This document shows, piece after piece, positions 22,485-32,575 of a stretch of DNA of 34,361 nt. Position 1 is the first letter of the stretch. Each line of letters starts with the position of its first letter. The position numbers were made by a program, and so were the translations under genes. This DNA is from a virus. The notes beneath the pieces were generated by a model. It was not told where the DNA came from and ran no database searches. It saw only the letters and a list, made by a program, of their open reading frames with translations. Location: positions 1 through 34,361 of the IMG/VR virus record IMGVR_UViG_3300032243_000035; one strand, written 5' to 3'.

Positions 22485-23917
22485 ATAACCTGTACCAGTT
22501 CCTGTACCAGTTTTTTACCTAATTCATCGTAAATTCCATAAGTACCACTGCCAAGTTGTCCTATTTGATTAAGTGCGTTATATCCAGCCCCTCTATACGG
22601 CGCGCCTTGTGCGTTCACAGTGTTGAACATATCTTGCTGCATTTGTGCAGCTTTTAATGCGGCATCTGCTTGGATTTGAGCTGCATCTTTAGCGGCATTT
22701 GCGCTAAGTACTCCGCTAGCTACATTAGCAGCGCCTGATAGCGCATTACCTATACCGCTAGCTACATTACCAGCGCCTGATACCGCATTACCTATACCGC
22801 TAGCAACATTACTTAATAAACTTCCCCCACCCGCAGCAGTCGCAGCCGCAGCCGCAGCAGCTGGAGTTAAACCAGCAGCGGTATTAGCAGCAGCCAAAGC
22901 ATTGTGTGCAGCTATGTCAGCCGCACTAGCACCGCCAGCGCCCGCAGCCGCAGCCGCAACAGCCTCAGGAGTTAAACCAGCAGCGGTATTAGCAGCAGCC
23001 AAAGCATTGTGTGCAGCTATGTCAGCCGCACTAGCACCGCCAGCAGCAGTTTTAGCCCCAGCATTAGCAAGGTTAGCCAATGTGCTTGCACCAGTTGCAC
23101 CAGCCGCAGTAGCCGCTAAATTTGTTCCAGCATAACCAGCTAAATTAGCTTGCGCTAAAGCATTACTAGCCGCAATGTCGGCAGCACTTGCACCGCCTGC
23201 TGCCCCGCCTGCCGCCCCAGCTGCGTCACCCAATAAATTAGCGCCTGTAAATAAGTTTGCACCTATTCCCGCCAAGATCATGGGGCCTAACTCAGTAGCT
23301 ACATTTTTTAAAAAACTACCAAAACTTCCATTATCCTGTTTGGTTAAATCAAAAACTCCATAATCAACAAGTTGCCCTTGTGCATTGATTTTTGGTACTG
23401 AGGCTATGTTTGGTTTGCTTGGGTCGGGGGTTAAGTATTCGCCAGGCTTGAGCGTCAACTGTTTGAAATTACCTGATGCATCATATTGGGCAACAAGTGG
23501 TTTACCCGCAAATGTTTGTTCTACGGGTATTGTGTATCCCTCAACTTGCCTACCACCACCCATCCCTGTAGGTGCTGACCTATCTGCATAGTCTAAATAT
23601 TCTGGCGAAATTTGCTGAGTAGCTGGTTTAATATTTAAACCAAAACCCGTAGATGGAGTGGTAACTTCATTTAATTTAGTGGAAAGATTTGCTAATGAGT
23701 TAGGGTCTAAGGCTTGTCCTAATGATGGCAATGACTCAAGCGAAACTTGTGGAAGTTGATTAAGAGTAAAAAACTCAGGCAAACCCGTTTGAGGATTTAT
23801 AGTGCCAGCACCGCCCCTAGCTTTCAACAATGCCGCTTCTTGAGGATTGATATGGGCAAGCATAGTGTCGCCATATCTGCCAAGTGATGCTAAGTTTCTT
23901 AATTGATTATTTGGCAT
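22481..23917 (-). CDS. Ala/Gly-rich repeat protein (478 aa) with a conserved N-terminus. Putative internal virion protein.
   Basis: The N-terminus GDTMLAHINPQEAALLKARGGAGTINPQTGLPEFF recurs in podovirus virion proteins (recalled from memory). Contains internal tandem repeats. Confidence 0.5.
   Translation of the reverse strand: MPNNQLRNLASLGRYGDTMLAHINPQEAALLKARGGAGTINPQTGLPEFFTLNQLPQVSLESLPSLGQALDPNSLANLSTKLNEVTTPSTGFGLNIKPATQQISPEYLDYADRSAPTGMGGGRQVEGYTIPVEQTFAGKPLVAQYDASGNFKQLTLKPGEYLTPDPSKPNIASVPKINAQGQLVDYGVFDLTKQDNGSFGSFLKNVATELGPMILAGIGANLFTGANLLGDAAGAAGGAAGGASAADIAASNALAQANLAGYAGTNLAATAAGATGASTLANLANAGAKTAAGGASAADIAAHNALAAANTAAGLTPEAVAAAAAGAGGASAADIAAHNALAAANTAAGLTPAAAAAAATAAGGGSLLSNVASGIGNAVSGAGNVASGIGNALSGAANVASGVLSANAAKDAAQIQADAALKAAQMQQDMFNTVNAQGAPYRGAGYNALNQIGQLGSGTYGIYDELGKKLVQELVQVI
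22713..22812. repeat. 42-bp tandem repeat, about 2.4 copies. Encodes the 14-aa unit (A/I)GNA(L/V)SGA(A/G)NVASG, giving NVASGIGNAVSGAG NVASGIGNALSGAA NVASG.
   Basis: Units at 22713-22754 and 22755-22796 differ at 2 positions. A partial third unit follows. Confidence 0.8.
22863..23044. repeat. 105-bp-period direct repeat. Two 77-bp identical cores encode GGASAADIAAHNALAAANTAAGLTP.
   Basis: 22863-22939 is identical to 22968-23044. A degenerate third copy lies near 23150-23215. Confidence 0.85.
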
Positions 23918-23925
23918 TTTTTACC

Positions 23926-24147
23926 TCAGTTGTAATACGGCACTTTGTAAGGTTTGCCATTAACAGTGACGTTAATAAACCCCACAGGATTCGCAGGAAG
24001 TGTTGCGCTGCCAGCCGTTGCCGATGTTGCACTTGAAAAATTAAGCAGATTCAAAAACCATTGTTGCCATGCCCTTGTAGGCCGATTGGTGGTTTTGTCT
24101 AAAAACTCAGCTTGTGGATAAGGTTGCGTTTGGGGGTTGTATAACAT
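23926..24147 (-). CDS. Small virion protein (73 aa).
   Basis: 1-nt overlap with the gp10-like gene. The RAWQQWFLNLLNF motif resembles fibre/adaptor N-termini. Confidence 0.45.
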   Translation of the reverse strand: MLYNPQTQPYPQAEFLDKTTNRPTRAWQQWFLNLLNFSSATSATAGSATLPANPVGFINVTVNGKPYKVPYYN

Positions 24148-26129
24148 CAGTTATCCCCTGTGCTGGCTTTAAGGTTGGCAGAGACAATTACCGCCTTAAC
24201 AGGGTCGGTAATGACAACTTCAAAAACTCTATCTCTAGCCATGCCCAAGCGCCTCCAAATCGCACGATTCTTAAATCTGCCCATTGATCCAATGGTGACC
24301 CAGTATTCGCGTGACCATGTTGAACCGCCGTCATTTGACCATCTCAACATCGCCTGTGGATAAGTTGTCACATCCGTGGGGTTTATTGTATTCTGATTTC
24401 CCAAAAATAGTATTTCTGTTGGCTCAATAATCAAACTTCCACCAGGCAAAATAACATACGGCGACAAGATAAAGATATCCGCAGCGGGTTTATAAAACCC
24501 TGTTGTCCCAACGCCAGGCTGGAACTGTATCTGAAACTCATCAAAGTACTGCCGTTGCAAATCTGCAACCAAATGCGGTGCGCGTCTTAGCCTACGGATT
24601 TCATTGCCATCATCGGTATAAGTATTAAGGTCAAGCTCATAAATCTTGCCATTTGCATAGTCACCCACCAAAACCATATTTTGGAATACTGCCGAGCAGT
24701 TAGACCGATGGCGGTGGTAGACGTTGGCATTGTCCACAGACAGCCATTTGTGCCACATTTGGGTGGTTGCGTCATATACCCATGTCAGGTCGATAGTGGG
24801 AAAAGTCACCACATAGCACTCATGACCCTCTAACTGATAAGTATAGGCAATAGCATCGTCAATGTACTTATTAACCAACGTGTTTTCTACGGCATGGGTA
24901 GAAATCCTTTGAGGAATGTAGCCGTTCATTTGAACGATCATGCCTTGACCTCGGTTATTCCTGCTCACATACGCAAAGGAATTTTCCAAACGCGCCATAG
25001 AGAAAACCGCCGCTATGCCGTGCTGGGTAGAAGTGCCAGGGATTCTTTGAAAAGGAAAAGGAACCGACCCCACATCCACCCACACCTCGGACGAGGTTTC
25101 ACCCAATAAATACACCTCTCGGTGGTCAACAATAACCGACACTAGGTTGTCAGGTGACCCATCTTTAGACGCAAATGAGGTTGTTGGCGAAATAGGGCTT
25201 AACGCATCAGATGCGCCAAATTGCTGGGTATTTGGGCGGTTATAGACAAAATAATTGTCTACAGTGTCTACAGTATTCCCACCGCTAAATGCACCGTCAG
25301 ACGATGGGATTTGCGTGAAATTCAGGGCGTACAACGTTCTAGAAGTCACAGTCTGAGATGTGCTTACAGTGTAAGTTCCAGCGCCTCCTGTGCCTGTTCC
25401 AAGGGCTGTAATCATGGTGTTTGCGGCAACTGTAGATCCTTGGATTGTTTGGCCAAGATACAGCGTTCCCGATGTGACGGCTGTCACAGTTAAGGTCGTT
25501 CCTGTGATTGATCCAGTTACCACCGCCCCCGCAGCCGCCGTGGACAAGGTTTCTGACGCAATAGTCTGAGAATTGTTTAGCGTGTAAGTTCCTGTTTTGC
25601 CTGAGCCTGAACCCAATGCGGTAATGACAGTTTCACCTGACACACCAATACCAAATAACTGTTGACCAGCAGCCAATGTGCCGTTAGATATGGCCGTAAC
25701 AGTTAAGGTGGTTCCTGATACCGAACCCGTAAACAACGCAGTGGCAGGCGTGGAAATGCGCCATGTGTACCGATAAGCACCATCAACAATATAGACGTTA
25801 ATTCCGTTGTCAGTAATGCCAACACGACCCGTAGTCGTATTTAAAAACCCAACAATCGATGGCGTTAGGTTTGAGGTTAAAACGTAAACATACGCCCCAC
25901 AGACAACCACCATTTGCTGGCCGCCTGAGACTGTCCGCATTCCACGGACTTCGCCTGTGTTAAGAACAGCAACAGTGTTAAGGCCTGGCGTTGGGTACAG
26001 CGCCACCACGCCGCGCTGACCAGGCTCCTTTAGTGGATCAATTTCAGGAAAGAAATTAATGCATTCTTGAGCATCAACGTAAATGCTTGGCGCTTCATAA
26101 CTTGGGCCAACAAAGCCAAAATCGGGCAT
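24147..26129 (-). CDS. P22 gp10-like tail hub / packaged-DNA stabilisation protein (660 aa) carrying two inserted beta-rich modules.
   Basis: The N-terminus is [29 protein letters not shown]. The C-terminus [35 protein letters not shown] parallels P22 gp10 (VLWKRVGRIRRLIGFKLRV...). Follows the gp4-like gene. Confidence 0.65.
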   Translation of the reverse strand: MPDFGFVGPSYEAPSIYVDAQECINFFPEIDPLKEPGQRGVVALYPTPGLNTVAVLNTGEVRGMRTVSGGQQMVVVCGAYVYVLTSNLTPSIVGFLNTTTGRVGITDNGINVYIVDGAYRYTWRISTPATALFTGSVSGTTLTVTAISNGTLAAGQQLFGIGVSGETVITALGSGSGKTGTYTLNNSQTIASETLSTAAAGAVVTGSITGTTLTVTAVTSGTLYLGQTIQGSTVAANTMITALGTGTGGAGTYTVSTSQTVTSRTLYALNFTQIPSSDGAFSGGNTVDTVDNYFVYNRPNTQQFGASDALSPISPTTSFASKDGSPDNLVSVIVDHREVYLLGETSSEVWVDVGSVPFPFQRIPGTSTQHGIAAVFSMARLENSFAYVSRNNRGQGMIVQMNGYIPQRISTHAVENTLVNKYIDDAIAYTYQLEGHECYVVTFPTIDLTWVYDATTQMWHKWLSVDNANVYHRHRSNCSAVFQNMVLVGDYANGKIYELDLNTYTDDGNEIRRLRRAPHLVADLQRQYFDEFQIQFQPGVGTTGFYKPAADIFILSPYVILPGGSLIIEPTEILFLGNQNTINPTDVTTYPQAMLRWSNDGGSTWSREYWVTIGSMGRFKNRAIWRRLGMARDRVFEVVITDPVKAVIVSANLKASTGDN

Positions 26130-26130
26130 A

Positions 26131-27111
26131 TTAGATAAAACCCCCGTTTAGTATGAATCCTGCGTCTTTAGCTTTACCAACAAGCAAAGAATCAGGGTAG
26201 CGAGATACTTGGATTGGCGACATATTGGTGCGCTTCAAAGTAGATTTTGCTTGCGCTGCATACTGAGAAATCATGCCTATTTGCACTTGATTTACTTTGC
26301 CGTACATAGGCATCAAACGCTCTGCCAAACACCATCTGAGGCACATTGAATAGCCTTGTGGCAACACAATGGATTCATTTATAGAGCTGTATCGTGTAAA
26401 CAATGTATTGGCGAACAAATGCATTTCGCCTTGTGATGGGTTAGGCCACACAAACAAATTGCCTGATTCCTCATTAGGGTTGTAGTACAACGCTTTAGGC
26501 CAAGGACCGTTTAACGTTTTTAAACCAATTAACTGATAATCTTCCAAAGCCAAAATAGACACTGGATAATCCAAACCACCACCTTGAATTGGTTGTCCAT
26601 TAGATGTAGTGTTTATCCGCACAAAAGCAGAACTAATGCCCAATGGCTTTTGATAGTTAGCTGTAATGGCAGTGGTTGCTACCGTTTGGTTAATGTTCAC
26701 CCGGTATGTACCCGCTTGAAGAACATTACCGCCACCGCCTGTGATATTACCCGTAATCTTTGTGCCATCCGTTATGCCAGTACCACTCAAAAATTGACCT
26801 TGAGCAACAGCACCAGAATTTACCGTTGTAACCGTAAGAATGTTGCCTGAAATTGACCCGTTAAATGAAGCGCCAATAAAGTTTGTGCTTTGAGGATAAG
26901 GGCCTAGACTGTACTGAACTTGACCCGAAATCACAGGAAATATAATTTCTGTGACGTTGAACACCATCATGTTCTCATTTGACCATTGGTCAACAAGGTC
27001 GTTAAGCATATCAAAAGCGTCTGCTGTCGCGTCAGGCGTAGGTGTTTCACCAGCTTCTAATGCGCCAATATCCTTCAATGCTCTGCTAATGATTTCTATT
27101 GGCATTACCAT
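26131..27111 (-). CDS. P22 gp4-like head-to-tail adaptor (326 aa) with one inserted beta-rich module.
   Basis: The N-terminus [40 protein letters not shown] fits the gp4-type pattern. Located directly upstream of the gp10-like gene. Confidence 0.6.
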   Translation of the reverse strand: MVMPIEIISRALKDIGALEAGETPTPDATADAFDMLNDLVDQWSNENMMVFNVTEIIFPVISGQVQYSLGPYPQSTNFIGASFNGSISGNILTVTTVNSGAVAQGQFLSGTGITDGTKITGNITGGGGNVLQAGTYRVNINQTVATTAITANYQKPLGISSAFVRINTTSNGQPIQGGGLDYPVSILALEDYQLIGLKTLNGPWPKALYYNPNEESGNLFVWPNPSQGEMHLFANTLFTRYSSINESIVLPQGYSMCLRWCLAERLMPMYGKVNQVQIGMISQYAAQAKSTLKRTNMSPIQVSRYPDSLLVGKAKDAGFILNGGFI

Positions 27112-27125
27112 GTCAAATCCTTATT

Positions 27126-27425
27126 TTATAAATTTGGCTTGAATGTCGGTGGTCTCCAAGGCAATGCCAAATCTTGACTGTTTTTTACCGCATTGAACTG
27201 CTCAAGTAGCCTTGATTTTATGTTACTTACCCCATCTTTGGTAGTCTCATCATCAATCCAACCAGCCACAATTTCTTCTGTTACGCCATCCAAAGACTTG
27301 GGTTCTTTGAACGTCCAATAGCCCTCAGTTTCAATCGTTATGTCATCAATCAAAGAAGCATGATATTTAGCCGTGAGTGCATCACCCTCGGTTTTTAGCT
27401 CTGTTATTTTCCAAACATATCTCAT
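27126..27425 (-). CDS. Hypothetical protein (99 aa).
   Basis: ORF with a 4-nt overlap to the upstream gene. Resembles small proteins of aquatic phages (recalled from memory). Confidence 0.5.
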   Translation of the reverse strand: MRYVWKITELKTEGDALTAKYHASLIDDITIETEGYWTFKEPKSLDGVTEEIVAGWIDDETTKDGVSNIKSRLLEQFNAVKNSQDLALPWRPPTFKPNL

Positions 27426-27670
27426 GCTTCCACCATTGTCTCAACAGCAATATTGGCAGTTGATGTTGTTTTATCAATCGTCAAGTAACCTTGGCAAACA
27501 ATGTTGTAATCAATTCCATTTGCGTCTTTTTCGCTTTTAATAGGCGCAGAAATATTTAAATTTTTAAACAAATACTCTTTACCATTTTCAAAAACGCGCC
27601 AAACGTGATCCATTGACCCACGACCAACTTGGCCTCGGGACTTATTAAACCGAATTCGGTATGTGTTCAT
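27422..27670 (-). CDS. Hypothetical protein (82 aa).
   Basis: ORF with 4-nt overlaps on both sides. Confidence 0.5.
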   Translation of the reverse strand: MNTYRIRFNKSRGQVGRGSMDHVWRVFENGKEYLFKNLNISAPIKSEKDANGIDYNIVCQGYLTIDKTTSTANIAVETMVEA

Positions 27671-28365
27671 ACAATTTCAGCTGCCTGCGGCACTACACAA
27701 GTTTGCGGTTGTGGAATCACTGTCAAGTTAAAATGCACAAACTTGATTGGCTTATCTGCGGCATGTCGAGTAAATGAATGAGCAAGCCATGAGTTAGCAA
27801 AAATCATCATGCCTGGTTTAGGCGTGAAGTTAATCATCTTACTTGCAAGGGTTGCCATGTTCATGTCCTGCTCTGGTAAATCAATCTGCACTTTTCCAGC
27901 ACGAGGGTCATGGAACACTACGTGAGAACAATTTTCAGGTGTTTCAAGAAAGTAAAAGCCTGTAATTTGTGATCCGTATCCATGAACATGTGCGTCCATT
28001 GCTGAGTGCTTGTGGTGTTCTTGCGTCCACATTTCTGTAAACGATAAAGCTTTGTCCTGCATGGCATAGCCCTGTTCATTAAGGATGTTCCAAGCAGTAG
28101 CTCCAACAAACTCGGCAAACTTTGTTAATCTAGCATTACCATAATAATTACCTGTCATGTAAACAGGATATATTTCATTAAGGTCGCGTTCTTTGCGTTG
28201 AACTTCTAAGGCTTCTTCAGAAACAGTATTAACCGCTTCTAAAAAATCAGGACGATCAATTAAATAAATTGGGCATGGGAAATGGTAAGCAACTTGTAGT
28301 TGGGTGTTTTGAACAACTTCTTTAACGGACTCAGCGGCTTTGCATACTTTTTTAGTTTTTACCAT
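27667..28365 (-). CDS. 2OG-Fe(II) oxygenase superfamily protein (TIGR02466-like, 232 aa).
   Basis: HKHSAMDAHVHGYGSQITGFYFL...VFHDPR...PKPGMMIFANSWLAHSF...KFVHFN shows the HxD/H...H facial-triad context typical of the phage 2OG-FeII_Oxy_5 family. Confidence 0.7.
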   Translation of the reverse strand: MVKTKKVCKAAESVKEVVQNTQLQVAYHFPCPIYLIDRPDFLEAVNTVSEEALEVQRKERDLNEIYPVYMTGNYYGNARLTKFAEFVGATAWNILNEQGYAMQDKALSFTEMWTQEHHKHSAMDAHVHGYGSQITGFYFLETPENCSHVVFHDPRAGKVQIDLPEQDMNMATLASKMINFTPKPGMMIFANSWLAHSFTRHAADKPIKFVHFNLTVIPQPQTCVVPQAAEIV

Positions 28366-28367
28366 AA

Positions 28368-28856
28368 TTAACCTTGTGTTACTTCATTCCATTGCCAAAC
28401 CAAAAAATCAAACTTATATTTTTTATCATCCATAGGATAATTAGGCGCTATTTTCCAATTATTTTCTGCGCCACACCAAAACACTAAAACTCCTTCTATT
28501 GCATCGGGTCGAGAAATTGGGGGTATCATTTCACAAGTAGCTTCATCTAATATCCATGTTGACCAATTAGAAGCTGGCTCACGGGCATTAAACGCAGTCC
28601 TTACGGATTGTTGTTTAGTAGTTTTTTCTTCCAAAGTCATATCACGTACAAACCAAACATCAGTCCAAACACCGTTTACTTTTGTATAAATAGGTTCATC
28701 AAATTCTAATATTTGATAAATACCAAATGTAGGCCGACTTACACGAACAAAAGGTTCCCAATTTTCAGGAATTGCACCAAAGGCTTGAAGTAAATTTTCT
28801 TCAAAAGCGGGATGATTTTTAGTCTGCCCATTTTCTGTTTCAATATAAAGATTCAT
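28368..28856 (-). CDS. Hypothetical protein (162 aa).
   Basis: ORF tightly packed between its neighbours. No motif recognised. Confidence 0.5.
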   Translation of the reverse strand: MNLYIETENGQTKNHPAFEENLLQAFGAIPENWEPFVRVSRPTFGIYQILEFDEPIYTKVNGVWTDVWFVRDMTLEEKTTKQQSVRTAFNAREPASNWSTWILDEATCEMIPPISRPDAIEGVLVFWCGAENNWKIAPNYPMDDKKYKFDFLVWQWNEVTQG

Positions 28857-29768
28857 TTACAAGTTTCCTGTACAAGTTGATGGAAATGCACGAGTGGTTC
28901 CAGGCCATATTATACGAACAGCACCCCCAGCACCATTCCCACCAAGATTTTTTGTACCATTTCTATACGCTCCCCCTCCACCACCACCACCATAATTGCC
29001 ACCTGTTCCTGTGTTACAACAAATAGTTCCATTACAACCATTAGAACCGCCAGAACCTCCATTACCTCCTTGACCAGTACAAACAGGTGCTGCTCCAGAA
29101 CTTCCTCTACCAAGCAATCCTAAACCACCACCACCGCCACCATTTTTTCCAAGATTTAATATATTTGGGGTTGAATTTCCTCCACTAGCACCACCACAAG
29201 CACCAGCATTTGCCAAAGCTAAACAAGTGTTTGTTGAGCCACCTTTACTCGAACAACCTCTAGTTAATTTAAAATTTACGCCTCCTCCTCCACCGCCAGA
29301 ATAATTTCCTGAAGAGACAGAACAGTAACCACTACCACCTTGACCTCCTTGAAACCCAACAACACATGGGCCAAGACCATTTCCTCCAGCGCAACCAGCC
29401 CCAAAAGTTGCATATATTGTGCAAGTACCTTTAAAATAACTATTAGTTGGAGGAGTGCTAATACATCCACCTTTCCCAACTTGTACATTGTAAGAAGTTC
29501 CAGGTACTACCGTAATATTGTTTTTATATGCTAATCCACCAGCACCGCCACCAACACCACTATAATAAAATGTATTACCACTACATCCACAATATCTACA
29601 GTTTCCTTTTTGTCCACCAGCACCAGCACCAACTACTATTGCAGAAATAGAAGTAACTCCTGATGGGGCAACCCAAGAATAATTGCCTGGTGTTGTATAT
29701 TGTTGTTGACCTGTTACAACAACTGCCGCACCACGCATGAAACCAAAAGCATTTTGAATGCCACTCAT
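28857..29768 (-). CDS. Glycine-rich-domain protein, unusually cysteine-rich (303 aa from MSGIQNAF).
   Basis: ATGA overlap with the fibre gene stop. The N-terminus is YTTPGNYSWVAPSGVTSISAIVVGAGAGG and the C-terminus is GGNGAGGAVRIIW, matching the phage/virus glycine-rich domain family. About 16 Cys residues. Confidence 0.6.
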   Translation of the reverse strand: MSGIQNAFGFMRGAAVVVTGQQQYTTPGNYSWVAPSGVTSISAIVVGAGAGGQKGNCRYCGCSGNTFYYSGVGGGAGGLAYKNNITVVPGTSYNVQVGKGGCISTPPTNSYFKGTCTIYATFGAGCAGGNGLGPCVVGFQGGQGGSGYCSVSSGNYSGGGGGGVNFKLTRGCSSKGGSTNTCLALANAGACGGASGGNSTPNILNLGKNGGGGGGLGLLGRGSSGAAPVCTGQGGNGGSGGSNGCNGTICCNTGTGGNYGGGGGGGAYRNGTKNLGGNGAGGAVRIIWPGTTRAFPSTCTGNL

Positions 29769-30514
29769 GTCAAACCACTCCCTGAAATAATCCAAGTTGT
29801 TGAAGTCATTTTTACGGCTGTTGCTGTGCCGTATTGAGCCAATGAACGTGTGCCAGTTGTACCAGCACTAGATAAATACATAGTGTCAGTAGTAATTGCA
29901 ATGCTTACCACTTGACTTGTCATGTTGATAAAACTGATGGCAGTACCAATCGGATAAGCCACGCTTGAATTTGCAGGAATGGTAAATGTCCTAGCATTTG
30001 CATCAGTTGATGGGTGAAATATTGCTTTTCCTGAATCTGCCAAAACTAATGTGTAAGCCGCAGATTGGCTATTAATTGGAATATTTCTAAATCCTACTGC
30101 GTCTGTTCCATCTACAGTACAGCTTGACAATGTTCCGCTTGATGGTGTACCAAGGACAGGAGTAATTAAAGTGGGTGAAGTCAGTGTCTTGTTGGTTAAC
30201 GTGTCAGTGGTTGCTCTGCCAACCAATGTGTCTGTGCTTGTTGGTAACGTCAATGTGCCAGTATTGCTAATGCTTGCAATAATTGGCGTTGTCAATGTCT
30301 TGTTGGTTAAGGTTTGGGTTGCTGTGACACCAACCACATCAGTAAGTGTGTTGCTGCCGTAAGCAATTGTTTTATTGGTCAGCGTATCTGTGGTATTTCG
30401 AGCAACCAAAGTATCGCTTGCCGCAGGCACATTGAGGTTAAATGTAGATGCCGTGTTAGGGCCTACCAAGTTAACTTGACCGCCTAATGCTGCTTGAAAG
30501 ACTAATTGTCCCAT
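29765..30514 (-). CDS. Tail fibre protein with TDTLTNKT(L/I) repeats (249 aa).
   Basis: Four (T/A)(D/Q)TLTNKT(I/L) repeats and S/T/N-rich beta sequence. Lies next to the large fibre gene. Confidence 0.6.
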   Translation of the reverse strand: MGQLVFQAALGGQVNLVGPNTASTFNLNVPAASDTLVARNTTDTLTNKTIAYGSNTLTDVVGVTATQTLTNKTLTTPIIASISNTGTLTLPTSTDTLVGRATTDTLTNKTLTSPTLITPVLGTPSSGTLSSCTVDGTDAVGFRNIPINSQSAAYTLVLADSGKAIFHPSTDANARTFTIPANSSVAYPIGTAISFINMTSQVVSIAITTDTMYLSSAGTTGTRSLAQYGTATAVKMTSTTWIISGSGLT

Positions 30515-30523
30515 GATGTTTCC

Positions 30524-32563
30524 TTACGGTGCAATGATTAGTTGAGAAGCGGTCAACGCCCCTGTGCTTGGATTGTATTGAAGTTTGGTAGAACTTACAT
30601 ACTCGGTGGTTAGGTTGCCTGTCGTTTGATTGGCAAACAAAGGGTAACGGGTGGCGTTGGTTGTGGTGTCATCCGTCACCGTAGCACTAGCGGTTGCTAC
30701 TGCCCAAGTTGGCGGACTTGAGCCGTTTGAGGTTAGTACATAACCAGCAGTTCCCGCAGCGGTAAAAGCGTATGCAGTACCAGTACCGTAAGGAACAGCA
30801 CCAGCAGTAGGCGTAGCCGTTCCATTTGTGCCGCCCCTATTAATTGCAATAGCATTGCCGTTCCATGTGGCGCTTGTAATAGAACCAGCGTAATCTAAGG
30901 TGTTTGTTGACCAAGATACATTTGATGGTGTTAGATCGTGTTTATCCCAACTACCAGCGGCAGGACTATTGGTCAATAAGTTAACGACAACATATCCACC
31001 AGAGTTTATTGTGGCAATAGTTGTAGAAGAATTGTTTTGGACAGTTATTGCGCCAGAACTTTGGTTGTTGTTAAATGTGAATATTGCACCAGCAGGCAAA
31101 GTAGTAGCATCTGGCAATTTAATAATCTGCCCACCACTGCCAGTAATTTGATAATTTTGTACAGATGATACGGTTAAAACAATTGTAGTTCCGCTAGCCG
31201 CAACAGATGTATATCCCTCAAACAAGCAATTAACAGAAATGTTAGCGTTAGCATCCCGCAAAACTACAGAGTTTGCACCGCTAGACGATGTAACACCAGT
31301 TCCACCATTAGCGACATTTAGCGTACCAGCCAAGGTGACCGCACCAGTTGTATTGGTGTTTGGCGTTAAACCTGTTGTGCCAGCCGATAAAGTGCTAACA
31401 AAGTTACCAGACAAAGCGCTTGTAGGAATGCTTGTAGAAGCCGTTACAGCGCTTGTATCGTTGCCGTATAGATAACCAGTAAGACCAAGCGTTTTAAGCG
31501 TTGTAAGGGCAGCAGAACCGCCCGTAATTGCTACTGCGTTAGCGTTTTGGGTTGACATTGTGCCAAGACCCGAAATATCTGTATTAGGGATGGTTGACGA
31601 TGCTGTTAGCGCCGCCGTACCAGTTCCCTTTACATAGCCTGTTAGCGTGGTAGCACCAGTTCCACCGTAAGCAACGCCAATAGTGCTTGCGTTCCAAGTT
31701 CCTGCGGTCAGCGTTCCAACACCAGTAATTCCAGTGTATGAGCCCGAAATTCGTGCTGTATCTATTGTGCCAGACGTGATTTGGTTGGCAGCAATAGCAA
31801 TAGATGTATTTGTTACCGATGTAACTTGGCCACTAGCATTAGTGACAAACACCGGCACTTGAGAAGCAGAACCGTAAGTTCCCGCAGTTCCCACAGGCGT
31901 GATGCTGAACTGATAGCTAGCTAAGGTTAACCCTGTGCCAGCAGTGTAGACAGAGGCAACTGAGAAGTTAGACCAATTGACAGCGGTTGTGCCAATAGTA
32001 CCGCCAGGCTGTGCCGTACAGTACCAAGCCGAGCCTGCCAAAGTAGTTCCCGATTCCACAAACACAATGGCTGACAACAACTCAGTCCAATCATTTGTGT
32101 CTGTAGAACGTGACCAAGTACCAGCAGCAGAAATATAAATGCCGTTTTCAGCCGCCGCAGTTTGGTTCTTTACCAATACACGCGAACCAGCAACAGCAGA
32201 AATGCCATCAAGCGTCTGAACGCCTGTCAAACTAATATTTGCTGTGGTAGCACATAAAACAGGTTGTTTCCACGATAAACCCGTTGCAAAGTAGTCTAAA
32301 TAGGTCTTGTTGACCACATCATTACCACTAACCGGAGCTGCCGATACCGTAGCACTTGTAAACGCCGCCGTAGATGGCGTTGTAGCCCCTATGGTCGTGC
32401 TGTCTATTGTGCTACTTGTGATGTTTAAGCCAGACTGACTAGGGTTTACGCTTGCATAAAACGGCTGACCCTGACCAACAAAAGTCTGAAATAACCCGTC
32501 TACCGTGAAATACGCTTGGACGGGTAATAAGTTTTGAACGATTGAATTGGCAGGGTTAGCCAT
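30524..32563 (-). CDS. Large tail fibre protein (679 aa).
   Basis: The N-terminal third (VVNKTYLDY...LSWKQPVLCATTANISLTGVQTLDGISAVAGSRVLVKNQTAAAENGIY...GTWSRSTD) matches a widespread phage fibre domain. The rest is G/T/S/A-rich. Confidence 0.7.
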   Translation of the reverse strand: MANPANSIVQNLLPVQAYFTVDGLFQTFVGQGQPFYASVNPSQSGLNITSSTIDSTTIGATTPSTAAFTSATVSAAPVSGNDVVNKTYLDYFATGLSWKQPVLCATTANISLTGVQTLDGISAVAGSRVLVKNQTAAAENGIYISAAGTWSRSTDTNDWTELLSAIVFVESGTTLAGSAWYCTAQPGGTIGTTAVNWSNFSVASVYTAGTGLTLASYQFSITPVGTAGTYGSASQVPVFVTNASGQVTSVTNTSIAIAANQITSGTIDTARISGSYTGITGVGTLTAGTWNASTIGVAYGGTGATTLTGYVKGTGTAALTASSTIPNTDISGLGTMSTQNANAVAITGGSAALTTLKTLGLTGYLYGNDTSAVTASTSIPTSALSGNFVSTLSAGTTGLTPNTNTTGAVTLAGTLNVANGGTGVTSSSGANSVVLRDANANISVNCLFEGYTSVAASGTTIVLTVSSVQNYQITGSGGQIIKLPDATTLPAGAIFTFNNNQSSGAITVQNNSSTTIATINSGGYVVVNLLTNSPAAGSWDKHDLTPSNVSWSTNTLDYAGSITSATWNGNAIAINRGGTNGTATPTAGAVPYGTGTAYAFTAAGTAGYVLTSNGSSPPTWAVATASATVTDDTTTNATRYPLFANQTTGNLTTEYVSSTKLQYNPSTGALTASQLIIAP

Positions 32564-32575
32564 AACGCCCCTTAG

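Noticed and set aside
22481-22516. Possible -1 frameshift on the A6 run (T6 on the plus strand, 22511-22516) fusing the 478-aa and 166-aa ORFs.
   Set aside because: The heptamer is not a canonical X XXY YYZ site in the zero frame (T AAA AAA). The downstream ORF has a TTG start in a TTGA stop-start overlap, the same coupling geometry used at the methylase start. Two separate coupled genes is the simpler reading, though a fusion cannot be excluded without proteomics.
22863-23044. Direct repeats that might be mistaken for a CRISPR array or an IS end.
   Set aside because: There are only two or three copies. They are in frame inside a continuous Ala-rich ORF, with no unique spacers of regular size and no cas genes.
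21021-23363. Plus-strand ORFs 21021-21449, 22170-22352, 22902-23135 and 23175-23363, and the minus off-frame ORFs 21113-21295 and 22127-22366.
   Set aside because: They are low-complexity alternative or antisense frames of the Q/A/G-rich virion genes. Such composition keeps many frames open by chance.
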